DNA of 64,000 bases from Podarcis vaucheri (lineage: Eukaryota), in assembly GCA_965113315.1 (NCBI GenBank), contig OZ220367.1; one strand, 5' to 3'. Within the stretch, counting starts at the first letter, position 1, and each line of letters starts with the position of its first letter. The notes beneath the pieces were generated by a model, which was not told the origin of the DNA, did not search any database, and saw only the letters and a list, made by a program, of their open reading frames with translations. This document shows positions 38,521-53,014 of the stretch, piece by piece. Made by a program: the position numbers and the translations under genes.

Positions 38521-41500
38521 GTTCCATAGGTTGCAGTTCTGTACCCCCTTAACTGGGAATTAGACCCAGTCAGCTCAATGGGACTTACTTCTGAGTAGAC
38601 TGGTATAGCATTGCCACTTTAGTCTTTTAAAAGAAAATAGAGATGTCTTAAAACTATCATTGTGCTTCAGCAGTGGGTGGAATGTAAATAAATATTTCTC
38701 TCTGCTAGTTCAGGATTTTTAGAATGCCTAGCTGGCTTTGCAGAAACCTTTTGAAAAGATTATGTTTGTACAAGTATCAAACTGTTTCCAGTCCTTCTTT
38801 GGAACAGTACATTTAAAGTGGTGTATAATCATATTAAAATGGCCAAGGTTCTTTGTTAGGATATTCCTTTCCTCCCGAGCAAATTAGCCAGTCAATCTTA
38901 ATCTAGTACAGGGACAATTACAGCTCTGACAAAAATCCATGTATCAAAATGTTGTAATATTCCTAGTTAGTGTTTGTACTGGATACGTGTCCTAGATAAT
39001 CTTGGCAAAATAATCTTCATTCACTACAGCATTGTATCAAACTCACAATATGTAGCAACAGCATGAAAGCATTACCTAGGGTTGTATGAGGAAACTGCAG
39101 GAGAGCTGTAATAAGGAATAGTCAAATCCATTAGGGAATATTCAGGCTAGGACTAAAAGCAATGGTGCAGGATATTCCCAAGCAATAGATGGCTGTGTTC
39201 ATGGTTCACCAATGACAGGAGCGGAGAATCTTTTTACACCCGAGTGCTGTGTTGACTTTCACTATCCCCCCCCTCCGCCCATAGCTTTTGTAGTGTTCAT
39301 ATACCCAGGAATGTCCTATATAATTTTATATGTAGAAGCATTACCTCTGTTTCAGCATGAGATGTGTCATTAGGGTAACCTTTTTTGGCCCGAAGGCCGC
39401 ATTGTCTTCTAGACAACCATTTGAGGGCCACTTGCCCGTGGTGGGCAGGGCCAGAAGCAAAAGGGACAGGGCAACTACTGGACATTTTGCCTTAGGCCAG
39501 TTTTTGGCTGTACTAACCCATCTCAAGGACATGTTCCAGCTAGGGGAAAAAAGGGGGGGGCAAAGCAGGACTAGTGAGGGAGGTGGCCTGGGGAGACTTC
39601 AGAGGGTTAGATGGGGAAGACTGGCAAGCTGTGCTTGGGCTCTAGGCTTGAGGTCCCATCTCTGACCTATGGCCAAAATCATGCAGAGAGCAGGGGACCA
39701 GCTTTACAAATACACAGATGTACCTGGGAACTGACCTACTTAGGCTTTGGAAGGGGGGCAATGTCTTCAGCAACAGTCTAACTACCCCCGGTGTAAATGA
39801 TTGAACCAGGTGCTGTTGGACTCCAACTCTCATCAGATCTCCAGCCAGCATGGGAGTTGTAGTTCAGGAACACCTGTAGGGGAATCATATTGTCTACCCC
39901 TAGTGTATACAACTGGGATTTAACCTTTGGGATTACAAGAGCAAATCTAGGTCTTTGGTTTTAAGTATCAAACCGTCCTTCTAGTGTTTTTAGTTCTTTC
40001 TTTGAAATGGCTTTTCTTTCCTGGCTCCACTGCATTCAGCCAGATGTGTTTTACTTACAGAATCATATCCACTGTTCATCTCTGTAGACTGAGTGACAAT
40101 AAAAGCATGAATATGTGATCTGATCTTATTCAGGAATGTTAAAGAAACAGCTGATGAAAATGTTTACTAGGAACCAAGGTACAGCTCATATAGCAGCCTT
40201 TAGCTAAGCTACGTACCTTATGTGCTAATTTTTGCTTAAGTAGAGATATTTTTATGTGATTATCTCAGAAGAGGAACAGGCTATGTCCTATTGACGTCTT
40301 GTTCACATTCAAATTGGTCAGAGCATATTATTCCCTACCCAGCTGATATAGAATAATATATTTGAACCAGAGATACAATGACTTTATTTATATATTGTTT
40401 ATAAAATATTTATGTTTGGGCCTGAGTTTTGAAGATTAAGACCTAGGTCCCATGACAGAGCTGAATGGGGTTTGGAATAGGTGCAAGTCTCTCCTCGCCC
40501 TGCCCCGCCACTCCCCTGGAATGTGGTTCATTACAGCATCTTCACTTTTGAAATTTGCTTTTGTATTATAGGTAGAAAAGGTGTATATAAGTAAGTGAAT
40601 CAGTTGACAGAATGCCATGGTTTGTATTCATTGTAGCACTGAAGTAAATGTTCCATCAGTGCAAAGATTTCTCCTGTGTGTCTCCTAGATTTGATCTGCA
40701 GTTTCTCCCAGTCCTCCAGAGCAGATTTGGGGACAATGCAGAGGGAGAAGAGGGGAAAATCTGTACTACCAATAATTATTGCCCTAGCCCAAAAGATTAG
40801 CATAAGGGATCCTCAGGTTTTCTCTCTTGAACCACATTTATTTCTACTTGTAATAGGTGTTGTTGTTGTTTTTGTCTAGGACATGTTGCTTCACTTTTCA
40901 AAGGCTTTGTTTGCATTCCAGTCCAGTTTTATATTTATCTGTTTACATTGTAAGGTTTAGAAATATATGTACTTTTTGCTGTACTAGTCTCTGCGGATCC
41001 CTAATCTCATCCACAGTTTACAGCTATATTTCTCTGTCTTCATGGCTCTGTAAAGAATTTTTCCTCCTGCTTGTGCCAGATCTTTTCTCAGATTAAAAAA
41101 AAGTTTTCTTTTACTGATGTGTCTACTCACTTCACAAACAGCAGCTTTAAAATTCTGTCTAGTAATTGAAAAAACAATTACTTGTTCCAATATGCTCATA
41201 ATGATATTCATAATTAATTAGAAACAAATGCATAATTTTAGAGCACTCAAGTTATTTCACTGTAATCCTTCAAAGCAAGTTTCCTGCCTAAGATATAAAT
41301 TAAAAGATGTAACACTTTGATCCACTAGATAACATCATTGGGCTTAATGTGACTTTATAAAAGCTGTTACAGCTTAAGCTTGGGGTTTGACTGCACGTTT
41401 GCCATTGCTCTGTAAAAGCTTGGCTTTACTAATGTGCATGCAGTTGTTGTTATGCTTGTTCAAGTCTGTCCAGCTTATTATTTTCACCCCCCATGTTGTA

Positions 41501-42015
41501 GCATGTTATTGACCAAAGGTGTAAGGAGGGAACTGTTCTCAGCAGCTGTTCTACAAACACTGTATGGCCTGCTGTTGTTGGCTTGTCACTCGGTGTCCTC
41601 AGCACTGGTTACAACTATATTCTTTTGTTGAGTCTTTGTAAATTATTAAGTGTATTTGAACAAGGTGATATCCAGAGCAATGGTCAAGCTTCTCCAGAGC
41701 AAAGTGGTCAAGGGCAGATAACTCTGTCTTGGCCTTACTTGCCTCGCAGTGCCTTTATAGGGTGACAAAATCTAACTTGCCCATTAGGGCCAGCCCAGGA
41801 CATTTTGCAGCTTCAGGCAAAACAGAGAATGCTGCCTGCCCCAACTCTGCTGCACAGACTGGCATGGAGGCAGCCACAGAGGGAGGCAGGCATGGCAATG
41901 GCTCTGGTGCCCCCCACCTTGTAGAGCACATTTAGTGGAAAGACAGAGTAACCTAGAACCATTGGTGAAAGCTGTGTTGTGCTTAGTGAAAAGTTTAAAG
42001 GGGGCTCTGTGAATA

Positions 42016-42236
42016 CAGTGGATCCGCTGGATACAAATTAAATTCGTTCCGGGGGTCTGTACTTAACCTGCAAAGTCCGTAACTGGAGGCGCCACTTCTG
42101 TGCACGTGCGCGGTGCAATAGAGCGCTTCTGCACATGTGTGCGTGGCGAAACCTGGAAGTATACACTTACGGGTTTGCTGCGTTTGCAACCCAAAAGTTA
42201 TGTATCCAGGGTGGTACGTAACTCGAGGGTTCACTG
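42016..42236. mobile_element. Tc1/mariner MITE
   Basis: cagtgga...ttcactg termini, TA flanks, related to the 35610 family. Confidence 0.75.
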
Positions 42237-45200
42237 TAGTTCCAGTTAGGGTTGTGCATTTTTTCCTCTCATATGAGGAAAAATGTGACAGTGCTTCTCT
42301 CATGAGCATGTTAGTTCTGGATTAGAGGGGAGAGTTGAAATGGTTTTTTCTCCTTGTTCCACTGAAATAAGTCTTTCTGTTCACCTGAGGGACACTGTTG
42401 GCTACAACCCAAGCTCTTTCATAATAATCACAAGTACTTAAAATGTTTTGAGGGGGAGATTCTGTAGTCTTACAATTCATTCTTTTTATTTTATTTTTGT
42501 CTAATGGAGATGCTCCTCCAAATGCACCTCTGAATATTGCCTACTGCTTTAGATGTGAAAGTATGAAACATTTGTATTGCCAAGCTGTTTACAGGTTAAA
42601 TAGTTAAGCAGTAGCACTTCTAAAGAAATCTGAAACCCTTTTTATAGTTCCATATTCTCTTTTGTGCTTGAGGCTTTCCAACCTTCTGTTTACATTACCA
42701 GGACAACTGGCCAAAGCTATGCTGTGCTTAGTGTAGAGTTTAAAGGAGGCTCTATGAATAATTCCAACTGGAGCTATGTATTCTTTCTGCTAGGGGTAAA
42801 TGTGATCTAGTTCTAGGTTATGCAGTTATCCATCTTACTTTGTTCACTTGCAACAAGTGTAATATAATAAGTAAACAGTCTGAAAGGTCTATTAATTTCC
42901 TGATTCACTTATCAACCAGTTTGCTTGTCTTGTTTTTCCTTTGTGGGTTATTCATAGGGCATATGCATAACAGCACAGTCCTATGCCAGTCTGCACAAAA
43001 GTAAATCTTACTGTGTCCAATGGAGCTTGCTCCTCTGAAAATGAGCATAGGATAGCAGCCTATGTGTGATTTATTTACTTGAGATTCTGAAAGCATAGTA
43101 GTTAATTGGGTGATTCGCTAGCCTTGCAAGTGTCCCTTTTTTTGTTCTGAAATGTTTCTCTGTTTGAGACAAAGAGAACTTTGCAGCTTACATCCTCAGC
43201 AGTGTTGTGCACAGCTGAAACGGTGAATAAGATACACATGTTTTTGGATTTTCCCAAAGCATTTAATGGACTAGCATAAGGGAAATTGTTTATTAGCCAT
43301 TAGCATTTTCCTTTGTATGTTAAGATTAAGGGCCAGATACATATCCTCAAAAATAAAAATAAGAGCATGCTAGCAACACCCCTATACTCAAATATTATTG
43401 CCTAACCTTCACCTCCAAACCATTTGCCTGAAGGACACAACCACAAGTTTGAGTGCATACATAATGCTAAGCCTAACCTTGGCTTTCCCCTGGCTAGCAT
43501 GACAGCAGCAGGAGCAGAGGAGGGACACTGCAACATGATCTTTTTTCTGGAAACTTGCACATTTTCTCCTCCTTGCTCACCCACTGCTTGACTTTGTGCT
43601 ACATGTGAACTGTCTCATTATGCTCTACTCAAGGCTCTGCTGTGTATATGTTGCGCTCGTTTTGTTCCACCGATTTAAAAACCAAGGAAGTGCTGGCTCA
43701 TTTACATAAATATACGGTATTATAAAATATAACGGTGCAATAGTATTTTATCAGTGCTTAAAGTATAGTTCAGCATTGGCATTGATAAGATGGCCATAGT
43801 ACTGGGCAGAGCAATCTTTACCTAGGAAGCAGAAAGGTGGAGCAGTAGGACAGTCACGGCCTCCAAACCCTAGCTGGCTTGCATCAGCCAGGATAGGAAG
43901 TGAGGAAGCTTATTTCTTGATGCAAAGATTGGTACAACTCAGGGACTCGAAGAATAGAGATCTGGGGGGCTTTAGACTTCCTGCACCTCCATCACATGTG
44001 GAAAAACAATTATCCGCATCATGGCATATCCAACATTTTTTGCATCCCCTCCCATTTATCATTTTATTATTCAGTGAGTTCCATTGCCACTGTACTGCTG
44101 TTTTTATGCAGTTATCCTTGTAACTCATTGCTACTGGAAAATGTGAACCCTTTTAAGAATTCTGATAGCTGCTTTGTAATTGTCACTGTGCCATTGATTT
44201 TTATGGTGATATTTTGAAGTAGGGTTTGATTGAACTGTGGATTGCTTTTATTGTTGGCCTCTTTGCACCTCCCCCCCCCCCCGAAAAATTATATTATTTT
44301 AAAGAAATAATTAAAGTTGTGGGGTTGCCTATGCTGGATTAAATTGAAGCTCTGAGTAAAAGCAGATAAAATTGCCTCTCTCTTGGACTTTGCTGTACAG
44401 TATTTGATTTGTTGTTCTATCAGTCAACAATCAGATGGTCAGGAGATGTTATCTAAATTACCGTAAAATAATATACTGTATAATCCATCCGTTTTTTTGT
44501 AGATAATTTTAAATTAGTGCAACACATTCTTGTGGTTGACTTTACAAGGTTGGTTTGTGTCTTTAAATTTAGCTGTCAGTAGAAGATGAAATGGTTTTCT
44601 GTCTTTGAAGGGAAATGCGTTTTTATCTGTTATGTGAAGCTCTCATCACTGAAGATATCTCTGCAAACATAAATTACAAATCCTTCAGGACTCAAGAAGG
44701 AAACTAAATGTAGGAAAAAAATATCACATTTTTATCTCATGTTGATAAGTGTTTACACAATGGGGGAAAAACAAACCCTAGGGAATTTAGTTGTAAAATA
44801 GTCCAGTTGGTTTGAATTAGATTTCCATGTGAAATATAGCTTTTACTTACTTACTTTTTTTTTCTTTAATAAAAGTTGTGGGAAAGTAAATGGAACGTTT
44901 TCTGAGTGATAAATAGTAGCCATCTATATGTGATCAGGGTTTGAACACACACAAATCTATATATGAAGATGATTGTTCTCACTGAGCCTAATGAAATATG
45001 AGAATTGCAAGTACAGTCACAGTGGGAAAATGGGATTTTAGATCAAACTGAAGCTGGGGTTTTTTTGCATGTTAATATTAGTATAGCTCTGAGAACTCAA
45101 CCTGTAGTCAAAATCTATTTATTCTAAATTATTTTTTGATATTGAACAAGATTTTTTATTTTTTTATTTTTAGTGAAGTACTATGTATATCAAAAAGCTA

Positions 45201-45999
45201 TAGATGGAGGAGCATCATTATACATTTTTACAAGTGACATGATTTTAAATTTCCTTTTGAAAAGAATGTTGCTCAAAAACAAGGGGGTTTGTTAATTTTT
45301 CTTTACAGTTATTGCATCCTCAGGACAGTGTTATGGAGAAGATCCCATTATAAAATATTTTTTGATGAATGCTGAGCTGTGCTACTGGGGTTTTCCAACC
45401 CCCAAACCATGTAGACCAGGGTTGGTCAATGTGCCTTTTAGATGCTGTTGGCTTCCACTTCTCATCAGCCCCAGCCAGTATGGCCAGTCATCAAGGTTAA
45501 TGGGAGCTAGAGTTTGTTTGTGTGGTAGGCATATTACACACTCCTCGCCCGGGCCAAAATGAGGGTGCACAATCGATTGGACATGAGTGTGGGTTGGAAC
45601 AGACCACATATTTATTGGCTGTAGTGCAGTAAGTGAGCTTGGTATGGCATTGGAGCCAAGATCTGTTTGCCCAATAAGACTTCTGATATGAAGTTCAATA
45701 CACCATTCTAGCACACCCACTGGGGAATTCTGTGGGAGTTAATGAGCATAATGGACCCAGCGCAGCAGAGGTTTCCAATGCAGGTGGAAACCCACTGTCA
45801 ACCAGAGGTGAGTGGCACCATGCCTGGCCACCTGAGCTCAGGCCAGGAGCTGGTGCATCCTCTCAAAAACCCAGTGCCATCCCTGCCTAATTTGTGACAG
45901 GTAAATAGGTTAAATAAATGCTACCGACTGAGAAAAAGGCAAAAGCCTCTTAACCCCAGGGCCAACTGTGATGGAAATTAAAAATTTTTCCTGACTCTA

Positions 46000-46249
46000 C
46001 AATCGTACCTTGGACCCCGAACGCCTTGTGACTCAAACATTTTGCCTCCCGAATGCCGCAAACCCGGAAGTGAGTGTTCCGGTTTGTGAACGTTCTTTGG
46101 AACCTGAATGTCCGACGTGGCTTCCTTGGCTTCCGATTGGCTGCAGGAGCTTCCTGCAGCCAATCAGAAGCTGCGCTTTGGTTTCCGAACGTTTTGGAAG
46201 TCGAATGGACTTCCGGAACAGATTCCATTCAACTTCTGGGGTACCACTG
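46000..46249. mobile_element. Tc1/mariner MITE with internal palindrome
   Basis: Degenerate TIRs, TA flanks, gattggctgcagga-gct-tcctgcagccaatc hairpin. Confidence 0.75.
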
Positions 46250-46685
46250 TAGTATAAAAGGAGGGAGGGGTGGGAAATCTGGCCATTGGAGAAGGAGGCT
46301 GTACTGGCAGGTGACCTGGCATTTTAAGGCGTCTGATGCCACACTCCCTTCTCAAAGATGCCACAGGACCATGTGAGATTGCGAGGCCCTGCAAGATCTC
46401 AGGGAAGATCTGCCCTTCACTTCACTATTTAGAAGCACCAAATCATGTGCAATATCTGGAGGATACCGTTGGCTCTGCCTGATGTGGACTTAAAGTGATT
46501 TACGTTTGCAGGAGTTCAGTTTCATCCTGCCCATGTTTACTCTAAAGAAAGTCCTATTGATTTGAGAGGTACTTCCAAGTAAGTTTGCTTAGTCATGCAG
46601 CCCTTTCAAGTCAGTTGCTTGAAAACTGAGATAACTTATTTAATAGGTTATTTAATAGGTTATAAAGAATAGGATACAAATATGA

Positions 46686-46955
<270 letters not shown>

Positions 46956-47490
46956 TAAAAAAATAAACAGTGGACTACACGCCATCAGTCACACTGCTAA
47001 ATAGTGTTCTGTTGCTAAGTTGCTTCGTTTATCTTGTCCAGGGAGTTTATGACAGGCTGTTTTGGGAAAATTCACTAAGATGGATGACGGAGGTTAAAAT
47101 TGGTGAAAGACAGGTCTTTTCTCACAATTCTCCAGAGACCACATCATTTATCTTTCTAAACAATAAACATGGAAACTTTAAAATAAAATAAAAACACCAG
47201 CTTTCTAAGAGCATAGATAACAGAAAAAGGCATTCTAGAGATTAAAAGGAAGACCACAAAACTTTTGATGGGAATTGTTTCTTACCCAACTCAAAAATGT
47301 TTAAAACCCTTCTTACTCCATTTTTCATTAGCATTTTATTGATGTTATTGAAAATCAAAAGTGCATAAATACAAAGCAAGAATTAAAGGTAATGATAAGT
47401 CTCTTCCCTAGCATCCTGGAAATGCCAACTGCTGGTGCAGGTCTTAATACACGGTGGCCACTGTGAGAACAGGGGCTAGGCTAGATTAGC

Positions 47491-47738
47491 CAGGGGTCAG
47501 CAAACTTTTTCAGCAGAGGGCCAGTGCACTGTCCCTCAGACCTTGTGGGGGGCTGGACTATATTTTGGGGGGGGGAATGAACGAATTCCTGTGCCCCACA
47601 AATAACCCAGAGATGCATTTTAAATAAAAGGGCACATTCTACTCATGTAAAAATACGCTGATTCCCGGACTGTCCGCTGGCCGGATTTAGAAGGTGATTG
47701 GGCCGGATCCGGCCCCCGGACCTTAGTTTGCCTACCCA
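47491..47738. mobile_element. hAT non-autonomous element
   Basis: caggggtcagcaaact ... agtttgcctaccca termini with gggccggat subterminal motifs; right end clipped. Confidence 0.75.
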
Positions 47739-47815
47739 GACCTTTGGCCTGATCAAACAAGCTCTTATTATATTCTTATGAATAAATTGTTAAGCTATAG
47801 CAAAAAAGGCCTCTG

Positions 47816-47817
<2 letters not shown>

Positions 47818-47850
<33 letters not shown>
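47818..47850. repeat. (GT)n microsatellite
   Basis: Direct reading. Confidence 0.95.
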
Positions 47851-47853
<3 letters not shown>

Positions 47854-48282
47854 GAAACTGTGCAAGTAACCAAGGCTTTATTTGGATTTTTCAGTACAGC
47901 CGCAGTTCTTGCAGCCAACAGGCAAGCCACTCCTCTGCTTTCAAAGCAGCTTGTCTCACTGACAATTTAAAAGACCATCACACAAAATCAGTGATACTTT
48001 TTATTATTAACTACATTGCTTAGCATTTGATAATCTCAAATCCTGTGGTTACAAGAGGTGTGTAGCTTTTTTATACAAATTGTCCCAGTTAGGAATTTTA
48101 AAGGAACCCTGCTTTTTTATCCATTTTTGCATACATAAGTAACATAAGTAGATGTGAGTTTCATTTTTCAAAAAAACAGCAACAGTGTAAATGAACTATG
48201 AACAAAAGCTTTTTAGCATGCAGCAGTCTGATTTGAATTAATAAACTTCAGAATATGATTTGCTTGCTTTTTTCTCAAATAG

Positions 48283-48541
48283 GTCAAGAAAAGTTTTAAA
48301 AATGTGGCAATTCATGGACCAGTCTGATATTGAAACAATGAGAAGTTTGAAAGATGCAATGGCACAACACGAATCATCATCCGAATATAGAAAAGTTGTC
48401 AACAGAGCTCTGAATATCCCAGGCTGTAAAGTCGTTCCTTTCTGTGGTGTATTTTTAAAAGAACTCTGTGAAGTTTTGGATGGGACTGCAAGCCTCATCA
48501 GACTTTGTCCTCAGTATAACTCTCAGGATGAAACACTGGAG
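48283..48541 (+). CDS. PLCE1: PLCE1 coding exon (exon 6 equivalent), RasGEF domain, 259 nt
   Basis: aaatag|G acceptor, GAG|gtaaac donor; [39 protein letters not shown]...[18 protein letters not shown]...ETLE. Confidence 0.97.
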
Positions 48542-49021
48542 GTAAACTAATGAGAGCATTAATTGCTAAAAGACCAGCAATAATTCCTGCTTTTATTAAT
48601 AATTGTCCACATATGAAAATGTACATGCATCCATGCAATCCTACAGGAAAGATAGGGGTGGTTTTTGGATAGGTTTTAATTTTAGTGCCTTATCTAATTT
48701 GCACTTCCTGAAACTATATGCAGACCAGGGGGAAACATAGCTATTTTTTCAAAATCCACACTCCTCTTAATTTTGCAATGCAGTTCTCTAACCAAAAGAA
48801 GTCTGGAGAAATTTATATATTAGGGGAAAGTGCACAAAGATGCATATACTGGTGAAAAGAATGTATAGGAAAAAAATCTTTCAAAATTTGTGTATTAGGC
48901 AAAACTGCATGCATTACGAGAAATGAACATTAAAATTCTGGTGATTTTTCATTAAATCATCAGAATTTCATTAAAAAATGCAAACTGATGCAGAAATATG
49001 GAGAATTTATGATTGGAAAAA

Positions 49022-49377
49022 GGGACGCGGGTGGTGCTGTGGGTTAAAACACAGAGCCTAGGACTTGTCGATCAGAAGATTGGCGGTTCAAATCCCCGTG
49101 ACAGGGTGAGCTCCCGTTGCTCGTTCCCTGCTCCTGCCCACCTAGCAGTTCAAAAGCACGTCAAAGTGCAAGTAGATAAATAGGTACCCTTCCACAGGAA
49201 GGTAAACGGCATTTCCGTGCGCTGCTCTGGTTTGCCAGAAGCGGCTTAGTCATGCTGGCCACATGACCCAGAAGCTTTATGCCGGCTCCCTCGACCAGTA
49301 AAGTGAGATGAGCGCCGCAACTCCAGAGTCGGTCACGACTGGACCTAATGGTCAGGGGTCCCTTTACCTTTACCAAG
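49022..49377 (+). mobile_element. Sauria SINE (Squam1), full length
   Basis: Same head and (accttt) tail; 11-bp TSD gattggaaaaa (49011-49021, 49378-49388). Confidence 0.9.
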
Positions 49378-50778
49378 GATTGGAAAAACCAGAAAGTGAA
49401 ATTGGACCTTCCAGGTCTACAGTTCTATGGTTCTGTGACAGAGCCTTCTGTCCCTTTTCTAAAGTAAATGGATGTATAACGTAAAAGCACAACACGAATC
49501 ATCATCTGAGTATAGAAAAGTCTTCCAATAGCTTTCTCTTGTCTAGCAGCTGAATTGGACTATTCTGGATTAGTTGATGAGAGAATTATAGATCCCCACT
49601 TTATAGTGCTGTTTGCTGCCTTTTTCCTTCGCAAAGTTTGTAAATTCCCAATGCCAAATTACAATTAATTAATAAGATTACTACTGTTAATCATAATCTT
49701 GTTATCTAACAGTAGTATGTATGTGTTCAGTGTTGGAAATCTAGACTATGATCCAAAAGGTCTTCAAGAGGCTTGTGACCTGTTGTTGTTGTTACTCTTA
49801 TTCTTTGAAAAGCTGGCACCTGGGATGGGAGTGGGGAGAGACAAAGGACAAAGCTCCCTAAGGCTCATGGAACTAAGTCTATCATTCTTTGGATCTTGTC
49901 TGGGGATTTTGAATCAATAAGAATGTTGTAAATTAATTTCCAATATTGCCTCTGTTAAATATTCTGGTTTTACATCTTCAGATTCACATATTACACAGTA
50001 ATTTCATTGTTAACATAAAGCAAAATTAATGTTTGACACTGTAAGCATGCAGGCTGATTTTGGTCATAAATGGCATGCAATATGTACCTATGAAATAATG
50101 TGCAGCTTGCGGCTTAAATGAAATACTCTAAAAGCCTCAGCTTTTATCTTAAATATCAAGGTAGACGCTTGTTATCGTAACGTTAATTTGGAAATGATGT
50201 GGGCCTTGGGCATGTAATTGGAACGAGCCCTTGTTTTGGTTAATTAAACTTACTTCCAAATTCGTGTGTTCATAACTACTGCCTAAAATATATATAAAAT
50301 TATGGTATGAGATATTCAGTGTCACTGTCTTGTAAAACAATCAGTTGGGTATTGTGCCAGCAAATATGTGCATAGAATTGGAGGCAATAAATTCAGTCAT
50401 TCCAGGGCAAAATTCTTGAGAGAGAGACAGAGACCGAGACCGAGGAATTCAGAGTTCCTACTATGTGTGCTATGCAAACAGCGCTTTGGTCACATAGAGC
50501 CAGCATCTGTCTTAAAACGTGGGAGTAATTAAGGTTGCAATCCTATATCCGTTTTCCTGAGAGCAAACCCTATGCAACTCAATGAGACTTGCTGGTCAGC
50601 AGGCATGTGTAGACTTCTATTGTATGTAAGTAGATCTAACAGGATTCCAGCTGGCAGGGCACTACAGAATCACCTCCCACATAAAAGATGATGTTGCTGT
50701 TATCTTTTGGATTGAAATGCCCATCTGAAGTAATTATGTTTACCGAAACATTGTTGATTTGCATGGATTGTCTTTTAG

Positions 50779-50993
50779 TTTGTTGCAGAATACAATGGGC
50801 AAGACAACTATTTACAACGGATAGGTCCAGATGGCTTACATAATACAGAAAAAGAATCAACAGCTAACTACATCTTTCAAACCATTCGGAGTTGTAATCG
50901 TAGCTTGGAATCTGAAGATGGAGAAGATAATTTCATCGACTATGAAAATGGAAATTCCAGAAAAAATTCTTTGAAGGACAGAAACCGCTATCA
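50779..50993 (+). CDS. PLCE1: PLCE1 coding exon (exon 7 equivalent), 215 nt; absent from the ORF track
   Basis: cttttag|TTT acceptor, CA|gtaagg donor; [44 protein letters not shown]...[11 protein letters not shown](Q); phases fit neighbouring exons. Confidence 0.95.
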
Positions 50994-52878
50994 GTAAGGC
51001 TTTATGGTTTGGGTTTGTTGCTGTTGTTGTTTACATTTTTTTATTAATTTTGTTTTGCTAAACAAAACAAAAAACCATTTACAGTATTCTGTATATAACA
51101 CATCCACTAAAAATTCAAATAACAATATTTAGAAGGGAACAGTCTAATCAAATTGCCTATTGTAATAAATTAAAAGGCTTTTTGCATCTAACCATGCATT
51201 TTCCGTACTTCTTAAATGTTACTGTGTTTGCAAAATTGCTTCATAAACTATGATCTGAAGTTGACTTTCCCCCCACTAATCTCATAGTTAAAAGTGACTG
51301 CAGTTTGTTGGAGGTGAGATGACATTGTAAACTGGGGTTGATCTTAAATGAAAGCAGAAGCTTCTGAACTCCTCCTCACAACCAGTCCAGAGAAGGACAA
51401 GTGTGGCGTGTAATCCCAAGACTATGTGTAAACCACCCCACCGTGTCAGTTTTATATGTGTTTTCCTATTTTAATGTGCTTGCTATATAAAAATAATTAA
51501 TTTTGGAAATAAGTCATTTTAATGCAGCCTTGCCCGACCTGGTGTTCCCTAGATGTTTCGAGCTCTTCATTCCTGGTTATTGACCATGCTCTCTGGCAGT
51601 CATGGAAGCTGAGGGTCCAAACCATCTAATGGGCACCAGGTTGGGGAATGCTGCTTTAAAGTACATATCTGCTATATTGGACTGCTTCCAGTTCCAGATA
51701 TTTCTCAGAGTTATGGTTGGAATCATGTCACTCAGACGCTTAGAATCCTTCTCATTAAATTTTATGTTCCCTCATGATGTAATTACTTCTAGTCAAAGCT
51801 GTTTCATCTTGTGCATGCAGCTTTTAGAAAGCTACAGATGCAACTAGGGCTTGTTCAGTGATGCCAGGAATAGCACGATGGCATCTCTGTTGATCTTAGC
51901 TCAGAACATTATATCCTGTTGGAACAGCATTCTGACCCAGTCAAAATAAAGGTTATTTATTATTGTTCCTAATCCCACTACTTTTAAGGGCAAGTTATCT
52001 GAGGCTCATAAATAATCTTGGGGAAAGCTTATCAGACTAATAAACTCTTTGAATATTCACAATAGAGTGCAGCCATTCAGCACAGGTGTTGTTTTAATTA
52101 TGAAAGCTCATGTTCTCTGACCTCAGATCCCCGATTTCTCTCTGTGTTGTGAGAAAACCACTTAAAAGTCCAGAACACGGTGCACTTAAATGCAAATTAT
52201 ATAAGAGCAGTGGAGACTTTATTGGACAATGCTTGAAAGATTTTATTAGATCTGTACTCGCAAGAAGAATTATAATATCTGTTTGTGGTTCTTCATGAAG
52301 GATACTTCTTAAAGGTCGGCAGCTGTGATGTATAATGAATAGCATTTTGCAGTTGGCCACACAAGAAGTCCCAGGTCCAAAATCTTGCTCATCTGTAAAG
52401 TTCAGTGGGTGGTCCTGGGGAAGGTCACCGTTTCTCAGTCTAGGCTTTTTGAGAAGGTGTTATAATTTGGTTTGGATATATTGCCATCTTCGCTAAGAAG
52501 GAAATAAATATTAAATTAATTTTGCTTTCTTGCCCAGTATACATTAAATTCAGGTAGTAAATCTGTTCTGGTTACATGGAACATAGCAATTAATTATCTT
52601 AATAGAGGCTATTGGGTCTAAATTATACATTATACTGCAGCTATATGTAGCATAGCTCCTTCTCTGTTGTAAAACCCACTTGGAGCAGAAAGTTGAAAGA
52701 GTAGGGAGTGCTTTCCATGCTAGATACTTTCCCCTGGATAATTCATCTCTTCCCGGCATATGGATCCATGTTTGCAGGGTAAACTTGGTTCTGCAACACT
52801 GGAGAGAATAAAAATTGTTAGGGACAGGAGCAGCTGACAGGAGAAGGATTAAGTATACTCATGAACTTGCTCCTAAAT

Positions 52879-53014
52879 CAGGCATAGGCAAACTCGGCCC
52901 TCCAAGTGTTTTCAGACTACAATTCCCATCATCCCTAGTAACAGGACCAGTGGTCAGGGATGATGGGAATTGCAGTCTCAAAAACATCTGGATGGCCGAG
53001 TTTGCCTATGCCTG
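52879..53014. mobile_element. hAT MITE, palindromic (same family as 32748)
   Basis: Same TIRs; perfect 8-bp TSD tcctaaat. Confidence 0.92.
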
